Positions 18,885 to 26,545 of a stretch of 40,788 bases of DNA are shown one piece after another. A program made the translations under genes and the position numbers. Location: UHGV virus genome UHGV-1354494; one strand, given 5' to 3'. Origin of the DNA: a virus. Each line of letters begins with the position of its first letter. The stretch's first letter is position 1. The notes beneath the pieces were generated by a model. The model saw nothing but the letters and a program-made list of their open reading frames with translations. It made no database searches and had not been told where the DNA came from.

Positions 18885-19610
18885 ATGAAAGTATGTTGGT
18901 TTAGCACCGGAGTATCGTCTTTTGTGGCGTGTTACTTGGCTAAGGATATTGATAAAATTATTTACACTCATGTCGAAAATCAACATCCTGATAGTCTGAG
19001 ATTTTTGAAGGATTGCGAGGCGATTTTGGGAAGAAAGATTGAGCCTATACAATCAGATAAATACAAAGATGTGGATGATGTAATTGAAAATACCAGATGC
19101 ATAAACACAGCTTTTGGAGCACCCTGCACTAAATGGTTGAAAAAACAGGTACGCAGAGACTGGGAGGCAGCGAATCCAGACCATCATACATATGTGTGGG
19201 GTTATGATGTGAATGAGATGCACAGAGCAGACGCAGTTGTTAAAGCGCTTTCTGACTACGACCATGAGTTCCCGTTGATTGAGAATGGATTGACAAAAGC
19301 AGAGTGCCACGGGATAGCCGATAAACTGGGGCTGAAACGCCCAGTAATGTATGACATGGGGTATCCAAACAACAACTGCATTGGTTGCGTAAAAGGCGGC
19401 ATGGGATACTGGAATAAGATTCGGATTGATTTCCCGGAGGTGTTTGAACGCCGAGCCAGACAGGAGAGGGAGATAGGGCATAGTTGTATCGGGGGAGTAT
19501 ATCTGGACGAGTTAGACCCGAACCGTGGAAGGATGGACCTGGAGGTTATGGAAGACTGTACGATAGCCTGCCAATTACTTAGCCAGGGGATAGGCTGGAT
19601 AAATGACTGA
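18885..19610 (+). CDS. PP-loop ATP-pyrophosphatase superfamily protein (PAPS-reductase/QueC-like), divergent P-loop.
   Basis: N-terminal VCWFSTGVSSFVACYLA resembles the SGGxDS PP-loop. Downstream Cys cluster NNCIGC. 241 aa. RBS aggaggtacctATG. Confidence 0.5.
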   Translation: MKVCWFSTGVSSFVACYLAKDIDKIIYTHVENQHPDSLRFLKDCEAILGRKIEPIQSDKYKDVDDVIENTRCINTAFGAPCTKWLKKQVRRDWEAANPDHHTYVWGYDVNEMHRADAVVKALSDYDHEFPLIENGLTKAECHGIADKLGLKRPVMYDMGYPNNNCIGCVKGGMGYWNKIRIDFPEVFERRARQEREIGHSCIGGVYLDELDPNRGRMDLEVMEDCTIACQLLSQGIGWIND

Positions 19611-19662
19611 AAGGAAATATTGTATTAAACGATGAAAATTAGAATTTAAAGGAGGTACAGGG

Positions 19663-19827
19663 GTGCGAAAAAGTAAGTGTATAAAAACGCATTACCCGGA
19701 ATCCATTTGCATGGCAGAACGAATTGTATTATTTCACGGAACCAAATTTCGTGTTGCTTTGACCGCTCATGAATTTTACTGCGAAAAATGCAAGAAGGTT
19801 CGGCATTTGTGGTTCATCAATAGATAA
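19663..19827 (+). CDS. Small Cys-rich (zinc-finger-like) protein, GTG start.
   Basis: RBS aaaggagg 7 nt before the GTG. C..C...C..C pattern. 54 aa. Confidence 0.35.
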   Translation: MRKSKCIKTHYPESICMAERIVLFHGTKFRVALTAHEFYCEKCKKVRHLWFINR

Positions 19828-19847
19828 TAGCAGTTTGGAGGATGAAG

Positions 19848-20012
19848 ATGTATTTAAACATTGAATATAGAGATGGAAAGACAGAACAGAAAATCGTGGA
19901 TGATTGTACCGTTAAAGATGGGTGCCTAAAGTATTATATCAGGACAGGAAGAGATGCTGGCACGCATTATATTCCATTGGATATTATCAAAGAGTTTCAT
20001 AAAGAGAATTAG
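19848..20012 (+). CDS. Small hypothetical protein (54 aa).
   Basis: RBS ggagga 6 nt before the ATG. Confidence 0.35.
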   Translation: MYLNIEYRDGKTEQKIVDDCTVKDGCLKYYIRTGRDAGTHYIPLDIIKEFHKEN

Positions 20013-20042
20013 CATTTAACCGAGAAGAAGGGAAGGACAAAG

Positions 20043-20333
20043 ATGAAAACAGAGTTGACAATAGAGGAAAGCCTTAAGCGGGAAAAGGGAATGATTTTCC
20101 CATCGGACATGTCAGAGCGTACACTTTTGGCAGTATCGCATAGCCGCAATTGTATTGATGCCCTGAAGAAGCAGATACCCCAAAAGGTGAATGAAGTCTA
20201 TCAGGCGAGAATTGTGGATATTCCAGGAAAGTGTATTTCGGCAGGGGATTGCCCGGTATGTGGTTCTCCGGTTCCCACAAAACACTGGTATTGTTGGAGC
20301 TGCGGACAACGGATAAAATGGCCGGAAACTTAA
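20043..20333 (+). CDS. Zinc-ribbon protein (CPVCGSP...CWSCGQ).
   Basis: ORF with RBS gaagggaaggacaaagATG. Four-Cys ribbon at the C-terminus. Confidence 0.5.
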   Translation: MKTELTIEESLKREKGMIFPSDMSERTLLAVSHSRNCIDALKKQIPQKVNEVYQARIVDIPGKCISAGDCPVCGSPVPTKHWYCWSCGQRIKWPET

Positions 20334-20365
20334 GATTTTCCGGGAGAACCGAAGGAAGGGAAATT

Positions 20366-20527
20366 ATGAAATATGAAATTGAATACGCCCAATTCACGAA
20401 AATTGTGATTGAGGCAGAAAACGAAAGTGAAGCTAATGATATAGCGGCAATGATGGACGGGGAAGACATTGCAGAGAATGACCCGCATGAGTATGCTATA
20501 TGGAATGTAACCCCCATTAAACATTAA
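20366..20527 (+). CDS. Small acidic hypothetical protein (53 aa).
   Basis: RBS gaaggaagggaaattATG. Confidence 0.4.
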   Translation: MKYEIEYAQFTKIVIEAENESEANDIAAMMDGEDIAENDPHEYAIWNVTPIKH

Positions 20528-20542
20528 CATTTTGGAGGTTTT

Positions 20543-20995
20543 ATGAAAAGAATATTGGATGCCTGCTGTGGCAGCCGAATGTTTTATTTCGACAGGCAGA
20601 ATCCAGATGTAATCTATGCTGATAACAGGGAGGTCGAAACAACTTTGTGTGATGGTCGCACATTGTTGATAAAGCCTGATGTGCAAATGGATTTCAGGGA
20701 TATGCCATATAAAGACAATACTTTTAAGGTTGTTGTATTTGACCCTCCGCACTTAATCCATGCTGGTACGGGTAGTTGGTTGGCCAGTAAGTACGGAATA
20801 CTCCCGCTGGATTGGCCAAAGTATCTGAGAGCAGGATTTAATGAGTGCATGAGAGTTTTGGAACCGAATGGTCTGTTGATATTTAAGTGGAATGAGGACC
20901 AGATTGGACTGAATGAGGTTTTAAAAGTTTTTGAGAGGAAGCCTTTGCTGGGTGATCAAAGAGGGAAGACACGGTGGTTGGTCTTTATCAAATAG
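20543..20995 (+). CDS. Small SAM-dependent amino-methyltransferase-like protein (motif I LDACCGS, motif IV VVFDPPH). Probably a DNA (N6A/N4C) or RsmD-like methyltransferase.
   Basis: Order of motif I then DPPH, as in gamma-class amino-MTases. 150 aa. RBS ttggaggttttATG. Confidence 0.55.
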   Translation: MKRILDACCGSRMFYFDRQNPDVIYADNREVETTLCDGRTLLIKPDVQMDFRDMPYKDNTFKVVVFDPPHLIHAGTGSWLASKYGILPLDWPKYLRAGFNECMRVLEPNGLLIFKWNEDQIGLNEVLKVFERKPLLGDQRGKTRWLVFIK

Positions 20996-21146
20996 ATTAG
21001 AATTTCTATCGGTATCAGATCCCACAAGGGATGATACATACAGCGGTAAATATAGTTGGTCAGATTGCATATGTCACGAATACTTTCTGACGCTGGGCCG
21101 GGATCCGAATGTCCTCCGTTTCCCGGCCCGAAGGAGGTGGGAACAG

Positions 21147-21434
21147 ATGAAAAAAGAAACCAGGATTCTATTTGAAACCAGATGGAAAGAGATAATAAGA
21201 AAGCAGAGAGAGGGAAAACCGGGAAAAGTGTATGGATCGTATGTGCTCATGAAGACCGAGGAAAGGTATGAGGAAGCCAAAAAGCTGATAAGGGAGCAAG
21301 CGGAAATGAGCATTGAAGATGTGATCCGGCAGGAAGATACCAGAAAAACAGCAGAAGAACTGATAGAAGACATCGAGATCATAACAATTGAAAAATATGG
21401 AGCAATACTGGTTGGGTGGATACTGACTACGTAA
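21147..21434 (+). CDS. Hypothetical charged protein (95 aa).
   Basis: Strong RBS cgaaggaggtgggaacagATG. A 9-bp perfect GC hairpin lies immediately upstream. Confidence 0.45.
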   Translation: MKKETRILFETRWKEIIRKQREGKPGKVYGSYVLMKTEERYEEAKKLIREQAEMSIEDVIRQEDTRKTAEELIEDIEIITIEKYGAILVGWILTT

Positions 21435-21469
21435 TGTATTTACGGCCATAAAGGGCTGGCCCATCGGGG

Positions 21470-21517
21470 GCCGCTGAATTCCTCCCAGCGCTACGGTTCG
21501 ATTCCGTGGCAGTCCAT
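21470..21517 (+). other. tRNA/tmRNA-like 3' fragment (T-arm GGTTCGATTCC plus acceptor 3' strand): candidate attP core for the tyrosine integrase.
   Basis: tacGGTTCGATTCCgtg T-arm followed by gcagtcc-a. No 5' acceptor strand, D-arm or clean anticodon arm is present, so this is not a complete gene. Confidence 0.45.
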
Positions 21518-21690
21518 TCAGAATATAAACGAAAGGGGTGATAACAATGGGCTATCCAATATACCACAGGGAAAACGATGCAAAGAAAATGGGCGGTACA
21601 CCAACCGACCAAAGTTATCTGTACCGCCCTTACGCTTAAGGATAGTATACCATAAATTGCTTCCTTAAGCAATACAAAGGAGGAAGCTGT

Positions 21691-22737
21691 ATGAATAACG
21701 CAGAAAATCAGAGTGTAAAAGCGCAGATCATCAATAACGTGATCGTATCAATGACTTACTACCTTAACCCGGATGTTCTGGAAATGTTGGAGCGCGTCTT
21801 GGCTAAAAATCTGGTGGATGTGGTAATAGAACGGATTAACACATTGCCGATGGAAATGAAGGACAGCATAGACAGCCAGAACGGGTACATATTGCAGTTG
21901 TTTTTGTACAAGAAGAAGAAACTTCAGGACGGGACAAAATACGGCTATGTCAGTGCGATCAAACGGCTGGTAACCCTGGTGTATAAGCCTCTGACAGACA
22001 TGGAGGAATCAGACATCTATTATTACCTGGATTGGTATGAAAACCGGAATGTATCCATAACCGGCAAGAAGAACCAGGCGAGGACGATCAACAACGAGCG
22101 CCGCTTTCTATCGGCTTTTTTCACCTGGATGAGAAAGGAAAAGTTGATTGGCAGCAACCCGGTGGAAGCAATCGAGCCGCTAAAGGTAACGAAGAAACCG
22201 ATCGATTATTTTACCCCGGAGGAGATGGCAAGCCTGAAGGATGGGTGCGAAAGCCTGCGGGAAAGGGCCGTGATCGAAGTGTTGAGGAGTACAGGGGCCA
22301 GGGTTGGGGAAATCGTTGGGATTACCATTGACCTGATCAACTGGGAGACTGGAGATGTCATGATCTTAGGAGAGAAGGGAAACCGATACCGTACCCTGTA
22401 CCTGGATCCAGATGCCATACACCATTTCAGAAAGTATTTAAATAGCCGGACAGACAACAACCCAGCCATATTTGTCAGCTCTAAGAAGCCGCACCAGGCA
22501 TTATCTACCTGCGCGATCCGTGGGATCGTAAAAGAGGTGGCACAGCGGGCCGGAATCACCAGCCGCGCTTATCCTCATAAGATGCGCAAGACCCTGGGCA
22601 TGGAACTGAAGAATAAAGGCGTGGATATAGGCACCATACAAGAGATCATGGGACATGCAGACAGTAAGGTCACATCCTTATATTATGCGCAATCAACCCC
22701 AGACACATTGCGAGTGATCCGTAACAAAGCGGCATAG
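21691..22737 (+). CDS. int: Tyrosine integrase (phage integrase family).
   Basis: Catalytic signatures RSTGARVGE (Arg), HKMRKT (HxxR) and GHADSKVTSLYY (His and Tyr nucleophile). 348 aa. Adjacent to the tRNA-like fragment. Confidence 0.9.
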   Translation: MNNAENQSVKAQIINNVIVSMTYYLNPDVLEMLERVLAKNLVDVVIERINTLPMEMKDSIDSQNGYILQLFLYKKKKLQDGTKYGYVSAIKRLVTLVYKPLTDMEESDIYYYLDWYENRNVSITGKKNQARTINNERRFLSAFFTWMRKEKLIGSNPVEAIEPLKVTKKPIDYFTPEEMASLKDGCESLRERAVIEVLRSTGARVGEIVGITIDLINWETGDVMILGEKGNRYRTLYLDPDAIHHFRKYLNSRTDNNPAIFVSSKKPHQALSTCAIRGIVKEVAQRAGITSRAYPHKMRKTLGMELKNKGVDIGTIQEIMGHADSKVTSLYYAQSTPDTLRVIRNKAA

Positions 22738-22881
22738 CCCATAAATAGCGAATATATTCAGAAAATTACCAAAGTTAACAGAAAATAATGATCAAAAAAC
22801 CAGCGGGGAGAGGCCCCGCATCCAACTCGATAACTTTATTAAGATAAGACCCTTCCCCCTGCCAACCAGGGGGATAACCAT

Positions 22882-23718
22882 ATGAGGAGTAACACAATGG
22901 CATGTATAGAGAGCGTATGCTATGCAGGCAGGACAAAGCACATCCGGGCATACTATTCAGCAAAGTACAATGATGGAAAATTGGTACAGAGGGAGAAAAG
23001 GGAAAAGAAGGAGAAGCCCACCAGTGAGAAGCAGGCGGAGATCAACCGGAGGAACTCCCTTCGGACCCTGACACGGACCATGGATGCAAACTTTTCAGGG
23101 GAAGACTTGTATGTGACATACAGCTTCGGGAAGGACAAGCGCCCAGGGAGCCCGGAGAAGTTCCGGGCATGCATCAGACAGTTTTTAAAGCAGCTGCGCA
23201 AACTCTACAGACAGGCCGGAGTGATCCTAAAGTACATCTGGGTGGCAGAGCGGGGAGAGCGGGGAGCCGAGCATATACATATGGTCCAGTCGGGAGGTAT
23301 TGATATCAGCAAATTGAAGATCGCATGGCCCCATGGCTGGATCAATGCAGTGCCCATGGATGAGAGCGGGAGCTACCACAAGCTGGCTGCCTATTTTATC
23401 AAGTATTCAGATAAAACCATGCGGACGGAAGGGAGATTCCAGGGAAAGCGTTATAATCCATCCCGCAACCTGATCCACCCGGAACCGGAAAAGGCCAAGG
23501 TAAGGAAACGCGGCCGGATCGACCCAGGCGCGATCCAGGTGCCGGATGGATACTATCTGGACAAGGAGACCATACAGTCAGGCGTGCAGGAAAATGGTTA
23601 CGAGTTTTTAGAATATACCTTAGTCCTGCTGCCAGGCTACCACATACCGGCCCATGACCGGGCGAACGCCAAACAGAACAGACAGAGCCGGCAGCGAAGG
23701 AAAAAGCGGTCCAGATAA
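22882..23718 (+). CDS. rep: HUH rolling-circle replication initiator (Rep_1/phiX-A-like).
   Basis: Motif 1 LYVTYSF. Motif 2 AEHIHMVQSG (HUH). Motif 3 LAAYFIKYSDK (YxxKY..K). A 7-bp hairpin and the CAGGGGGATAACC element lie upstream. Confidence 0.65.
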   Translation: MRSNTMACIESVCYAGRTKHIRAYYSAKYNDGKLVQREKREKKEKPTSEKQAEINRRNSLRTLTRTMDANFSGEDLYVTYSFGKDKRPGSPEKFRACIRQFLKQLRKLYRQAGVILKYIWVAERGERGAEHIHMVQSGGIDISKLKIAWPHGWINAVPMDESGSYHKLAAYFIKYSDKTMRTEGRFQGKRYNPSRNLIHPEPEKAKVRKRGRIDPGAIQVPDGYYLDKETIQSGVQENGYEFLEYTLVLLPGYHIPAHDRANAKQNRQSRQRRKKRSR

Positions 23719-23756
23719 GGGCCGCCGCTTATTGTGCGCATCAGGGAGGTGAGGGG

Positions 23757-24194
23757 ATGCCAAACACGAGGGCGGTATGCTGCCCGTATTACATAACACG
23801 CAGCACGGCGGATAAGCGGATGGCGACCATCACATGCGCCAATATAGAAAATCATCTGGGCTTTGATATCAAGAACCAGATTGTTTTTGATGCTCATACG
23901 GAGAAAGAAAACTATGTCGGTATATTTTGTGCTGACATGTTTGATACATGCCCGTACTACCGGGCGATCTATGGATATGACAAGAAGAAAGGAGAAACAG
24001 ACAATGAAAAAGACCAGCCTTGCCCAAAAGGTAAAAACGGCGGAACGCAGGGAAAGGGATGCCAAAAGGAGGATGCAGGAGAAAGACAAGGAGATGCGCC
24101 GGTCCAATGCGATTGCAGACGGAGCCATGCTGTGGGTGGCAGCCCTGGCGTCCAAGCTGGGCCCAACTGTACATATAGCGGCAGAGGAATTTGA
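23757..24194 (+). CDS. Cys-rich hypothetical protein (CCPYY...C...C...CPYY). The C-terminal half looks like out-of-frame low complexity, and the real end is uncertain.
   Basis: ORF directly after rep. The N-terminal 80 aa has a repeated CPYY Cys arrangement. Overlaps the ORF starting at 24004 in another frame. Confidence 0.35.
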   Translation: MPNTRAVCCPYYITRSTADKRMATITCANIENHLGFDIKNQIVFDAHTEKENYVGIFCADMFDTCPYYRAIYGYDKKKGETDNEKDQPCPKGKNGGTQGKGCQKEDAGERQGDAPVQCDCRRSHAVGGSPGVQAGPNCTYSGRGI

Positions 24195-24297
24195 GCAGGC
24201 CAAGGGCCTGACATACTTAGCCAAAAAGAATGAAGACGGATCCATGGACATGAAACAGGAAGGATATGAGGAGGAAGCAGCCATGGACCAGGAATGA
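24004..24297 (+). CDS. Basic/acidic hypothetical protein (97 aa).
   Basis: RBS gaaaggagaaacagacaATG. Plausible composition. Overlaps the 3' part of the 23757 ORF. Confidence 0.4.
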   Translation: MKKTSLAQKVKTAERRERDAKRRMQEKDKEMRRSNAIADGAMLWVAALASKLGPTVHIAAEEFEQAKGLTYLAKKNEDGSMDMKQEGYEEEAAMDQE

Positions 24298-24428
24298 TGC
24301 TGTCCATGGACCGGACAGACCGGACACCCAATGCGCACACATGCCCGCGCCCGCGCGCGCGATAAGGAAGAGGAGCACCCGAAGAGGGTGCTTTTGCGCA
24401 CCTCAAAACCAGACAAAACCGGACAGAC

Positions 24429-24457
24429 GCTTAGGGTGGGAGACACAATTTCTGGAC
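24429..24457 (+). promoter_or_regulatory. 29-bp element GCTTAGGGTGGGAGACACAATTTCTGGAC (copy 1), upstream of TerS: candidate late promoter/activator site.
   Basis: 28/29 identical to the copy at 28801-28829. Followed by an A/T-rich -10-like stretch (tatgctaaaatata). Confidence 0.5.
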
Positions 24458-24495
24458 TATGCTAAAATATACCGCAACAAGAAAGGAGGCGGGCT

Positions 24496-25068
24496 GTGGC
24501 AAGGCAGAAGTGGCAGGAATGGGCAGAAAATGAAGACAGGCTGTCCATATTGGCGGCATGGGCCAGGGCAGGGAAGACGGATGAGGAGATCGCCAAGCTG
24601 ATCGGGATCAGCCGGTCTACCCTCAGTGAGTGGAAAAAGAAGCATGAATCCATAGGAAAGGCCCTGAGCATCACTAAGGACTACGCAGACCGCCTGATAG
24701 AGGGAAGCCTGTATAAGATAGCCCGTGGATATACAGTGACCAATAAAAAGCCGATCAAAACCCGGCATGTGACATACACAAACGGAGTAAAGACCGCAGA
24801 GGATGAGATCATTGAATACGCGGAAGAAACCATCTATGTCCCAGGGGAAGCAAGACTGATCATGTTCTGGCTGGAGAACAGGATGCCGGAATGGCGCAAA
24901 CGGTACGAGAAAGCAAGGGATCTTGATGGCGATGAAGAGAACCAGACCGGCACCGTTGTTATGAGCACAGACATAGCGGAAGATATCAAACAACTCATGG
25001 AGGAAGAAAAGAGTGCAAGAGAAGAGAAAGAACGCAGGGAAGAACAAGACTGGAAAGAAAACAGATAA
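24496..25068 (+). CDS. terS: Terminase small subunit (HTH, Terminase_2-like), GTG start.
   Basis: HTH (IAKLIGISRSTLSEWKKK) and the characteristic FWLENRMPEWRKR segment. RBS aaaggagg. Immediately upstream of TerL. Confidence 0.8.
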   Translation: MARQKWQEWAENEDRLSILAAWARAGKTDEEIAKLIGISRSTLSEWKKKHESIGKALSITKDYADRLIEGSLYKIARGYTVTNKKPIKTRHVTYTNGVKTAEDEIIEYAEETIYVPGEARLIMFWLENRMPEWRKRYEKARDLDGDEENQTGTVVMSTDIAEDIKQLMEEEKSAREEKERREEQDWKENR

Positions 25069-25087
25069 GGCAGAAGCAAGGGAATTT

Positions 25088-26536
25088 ATGAGGACCCACA
25101 ACGTCATATGGGCTCCCTCCAAAAGACAGCAGGCCATGATGACACGGCTGGAGTTTGAAGGCCTGTATGGAGGGGCTGCCGGAGGTGGGAAAACAGATTA
25201 CCTGCTGGTGGAAGCGCTACGGCAGGTGCGTATCCGCGAATACCGGGCAATCATATTCAGAAAAACATACCCGGAACTGGAAGACCTGATCAGCAGATCC
25301 ATGGAGTTGTACAGGGCGGCGTTCCCCAAAGCCCGCTATAACTCAAGTCGCCACGTATGGACATTTCCCAGCGGGGCAAAGATCTATTTCGGGTCCATGC
25401 AGTACCCCAAGGACCGCTTAAAGTATCAAGGCCGCCATTTTGACTTTGTAGGTTTTGACGAACTAACGCATTTTGGTTGGGACGAATACAATTATCTGTT
25501 TTCCCGCGTACGATCAAGTGCACCGGGGCTGCGCAGGTATATCCGGTCTACAGCCAATCCGGGAGGCCCGGGCCATGGATGGGTCAAGTCGAGATTTGTT
25601 TCACCGGCAGAGCCGGGTACAACCATTGTGGAGACAAAAGAGACCACAGATCCCAAAGGGAATATCCTGCGTTTTACAAGGGATCGTGTATTCATTCCGA
25701 GTAAGGTGTTCGATAATCCAGATCTGATACGTAACAACCCGGATTATGTCGCATCCCTGGCAATGATGCCGGAAGCCCTGAGAAAGGCCCTGCTGGATGG
25801 GGATTGGGATTCATTTAACGGACAGGTATTCACTGAATGGAGGAACGACCCGGAAAATTATGATACAAGGCAGTGGACGCATGTGATTAGCCCATTCAGG
25901 ATCCCGGACGGATGGCTGGTCGGACGCAGCTACGATTTTGGCTATGCAAAACCATTCTCTGTCGGCTGGTATGCCATTGACTATACCGGCTGCGTGTACC
26001 GGATCCGGGAGCTGTATGGTTGCGTAGACAAGGAACCGAACACAGGAATCAAGATCGATCCCACCGAACAGGCCAGGAGAATCAAGGAAATAGAGAACAC
26101 GGATGAGAACCTGAAAGGAAGAAACATAGTAGGGATTGCAGACCCGTCCATATTTGACACCAGCCACGGGGATTCCATTGCGGATCTCATGGCCCGGGAG
26201 GGCGTATACTGGAGCCCGGGAGACAACCAGCGTATCGCAGGGAAGATGCAGTACCATTACCGGCTGGCATTCAATAAAGACGGCCTGCCTATGTTTTATG
26301 TATTTGACACTTGCAGGGAATTCATCCGCACGATCCCCCAGCTGGTCTATGACGAAAAGAAAGTGGAGGATATTGATACAACCCAGGAGGACCACATCTA
26401 TGACGAGTGCCGGTACTTCCTCATGGAGCACATGATCGCCCGGCGGGAAAACACAAAGAAGCCGGTTCCAATGGATGACCCGCTGGATCTGTATAAAGAC
26501 GAGAGGAAAAAGGCATATAAATTCATCAGGATATAG
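25088..26536 (+). CDS. terL: Terminase large subunit.
   Basis: Walker A GGAAGGGKT. Size and position between TerS and portal. Acidic nuclease-domain residues present. ATG at 25088 with an RBS. Confidence 0.85.
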   Translation: MRTHNVIWAPSKRQQAMMTRLEFEGLYGGAAGGGKTDYLLVEALRQVRIREYRAIIFRKTYPELEDLISRSMELYRAAFPKARYNSSRHVWTFPSGAKIYFGSMQYPKDRLKYQGRHFDFVGFDELTHFGWDEYNYLFSRVRSSAPGLRRYIRSTANPGGPGHGWVKSRFVSPAEPGTTIVETKETTDPKGNILRFTRDRVFIPSKVFDNPDLIRNNPDYVASLAMMPEALRKALLDGDWDSFNGQVFTEWRNDPENYDTRQWTHVISPFRIPDGWLVGRSYDFGYAKPFSVGWYAIDYTGCVYRIRELYGCVDKEPNTGIKIDPTEQARRIKEIENTDENLKGRNIVGIADPSIFDTSHGDSIADLMAREGVYWSPGDNQRIAGKMQYHYRLAFNKDGLPMFYVFDTCREFIRTIPQLVYDEKKVEDIDTTQEDHIYDECRYFLMEHMIARRENTKKPVPMDDPLDLYKDERKKAYKFIRI

Positions 26537-26545
26537 GAGGCAGAT

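Noticed and set aside
21085-21119. 9-bp perfect GC hairpin (GGGCCGGGA...TCCCGGCCC) as a terminator for the methyltransferase operon
   Set aside because: It abuts the RBS of the next gene with no U-tract. More likely an attenuator or leader structure than a terminator.
21441-21517. Complete tRNA gene
   Set aside because: Only the T-arm and 3' acceptor strand are recognisable. No complementary 5' acceptor strand, D-arm or canonical 5+7+5 anticodon arm could be built. Treated as an att-associated 3' fragment, possibly tmRNA-derived.
23637-24446. 269-aa minus-strand ORF. Similar long minus ORFs occur at 24457-25137, 25811-26821 and 28798-29820.
   Set aside because: All are antisense to strongly supported forward genes (rep region, terS/terL, scaffold). 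They have Cys/Arg/Ser-rich low-complexity translations and no RBS.
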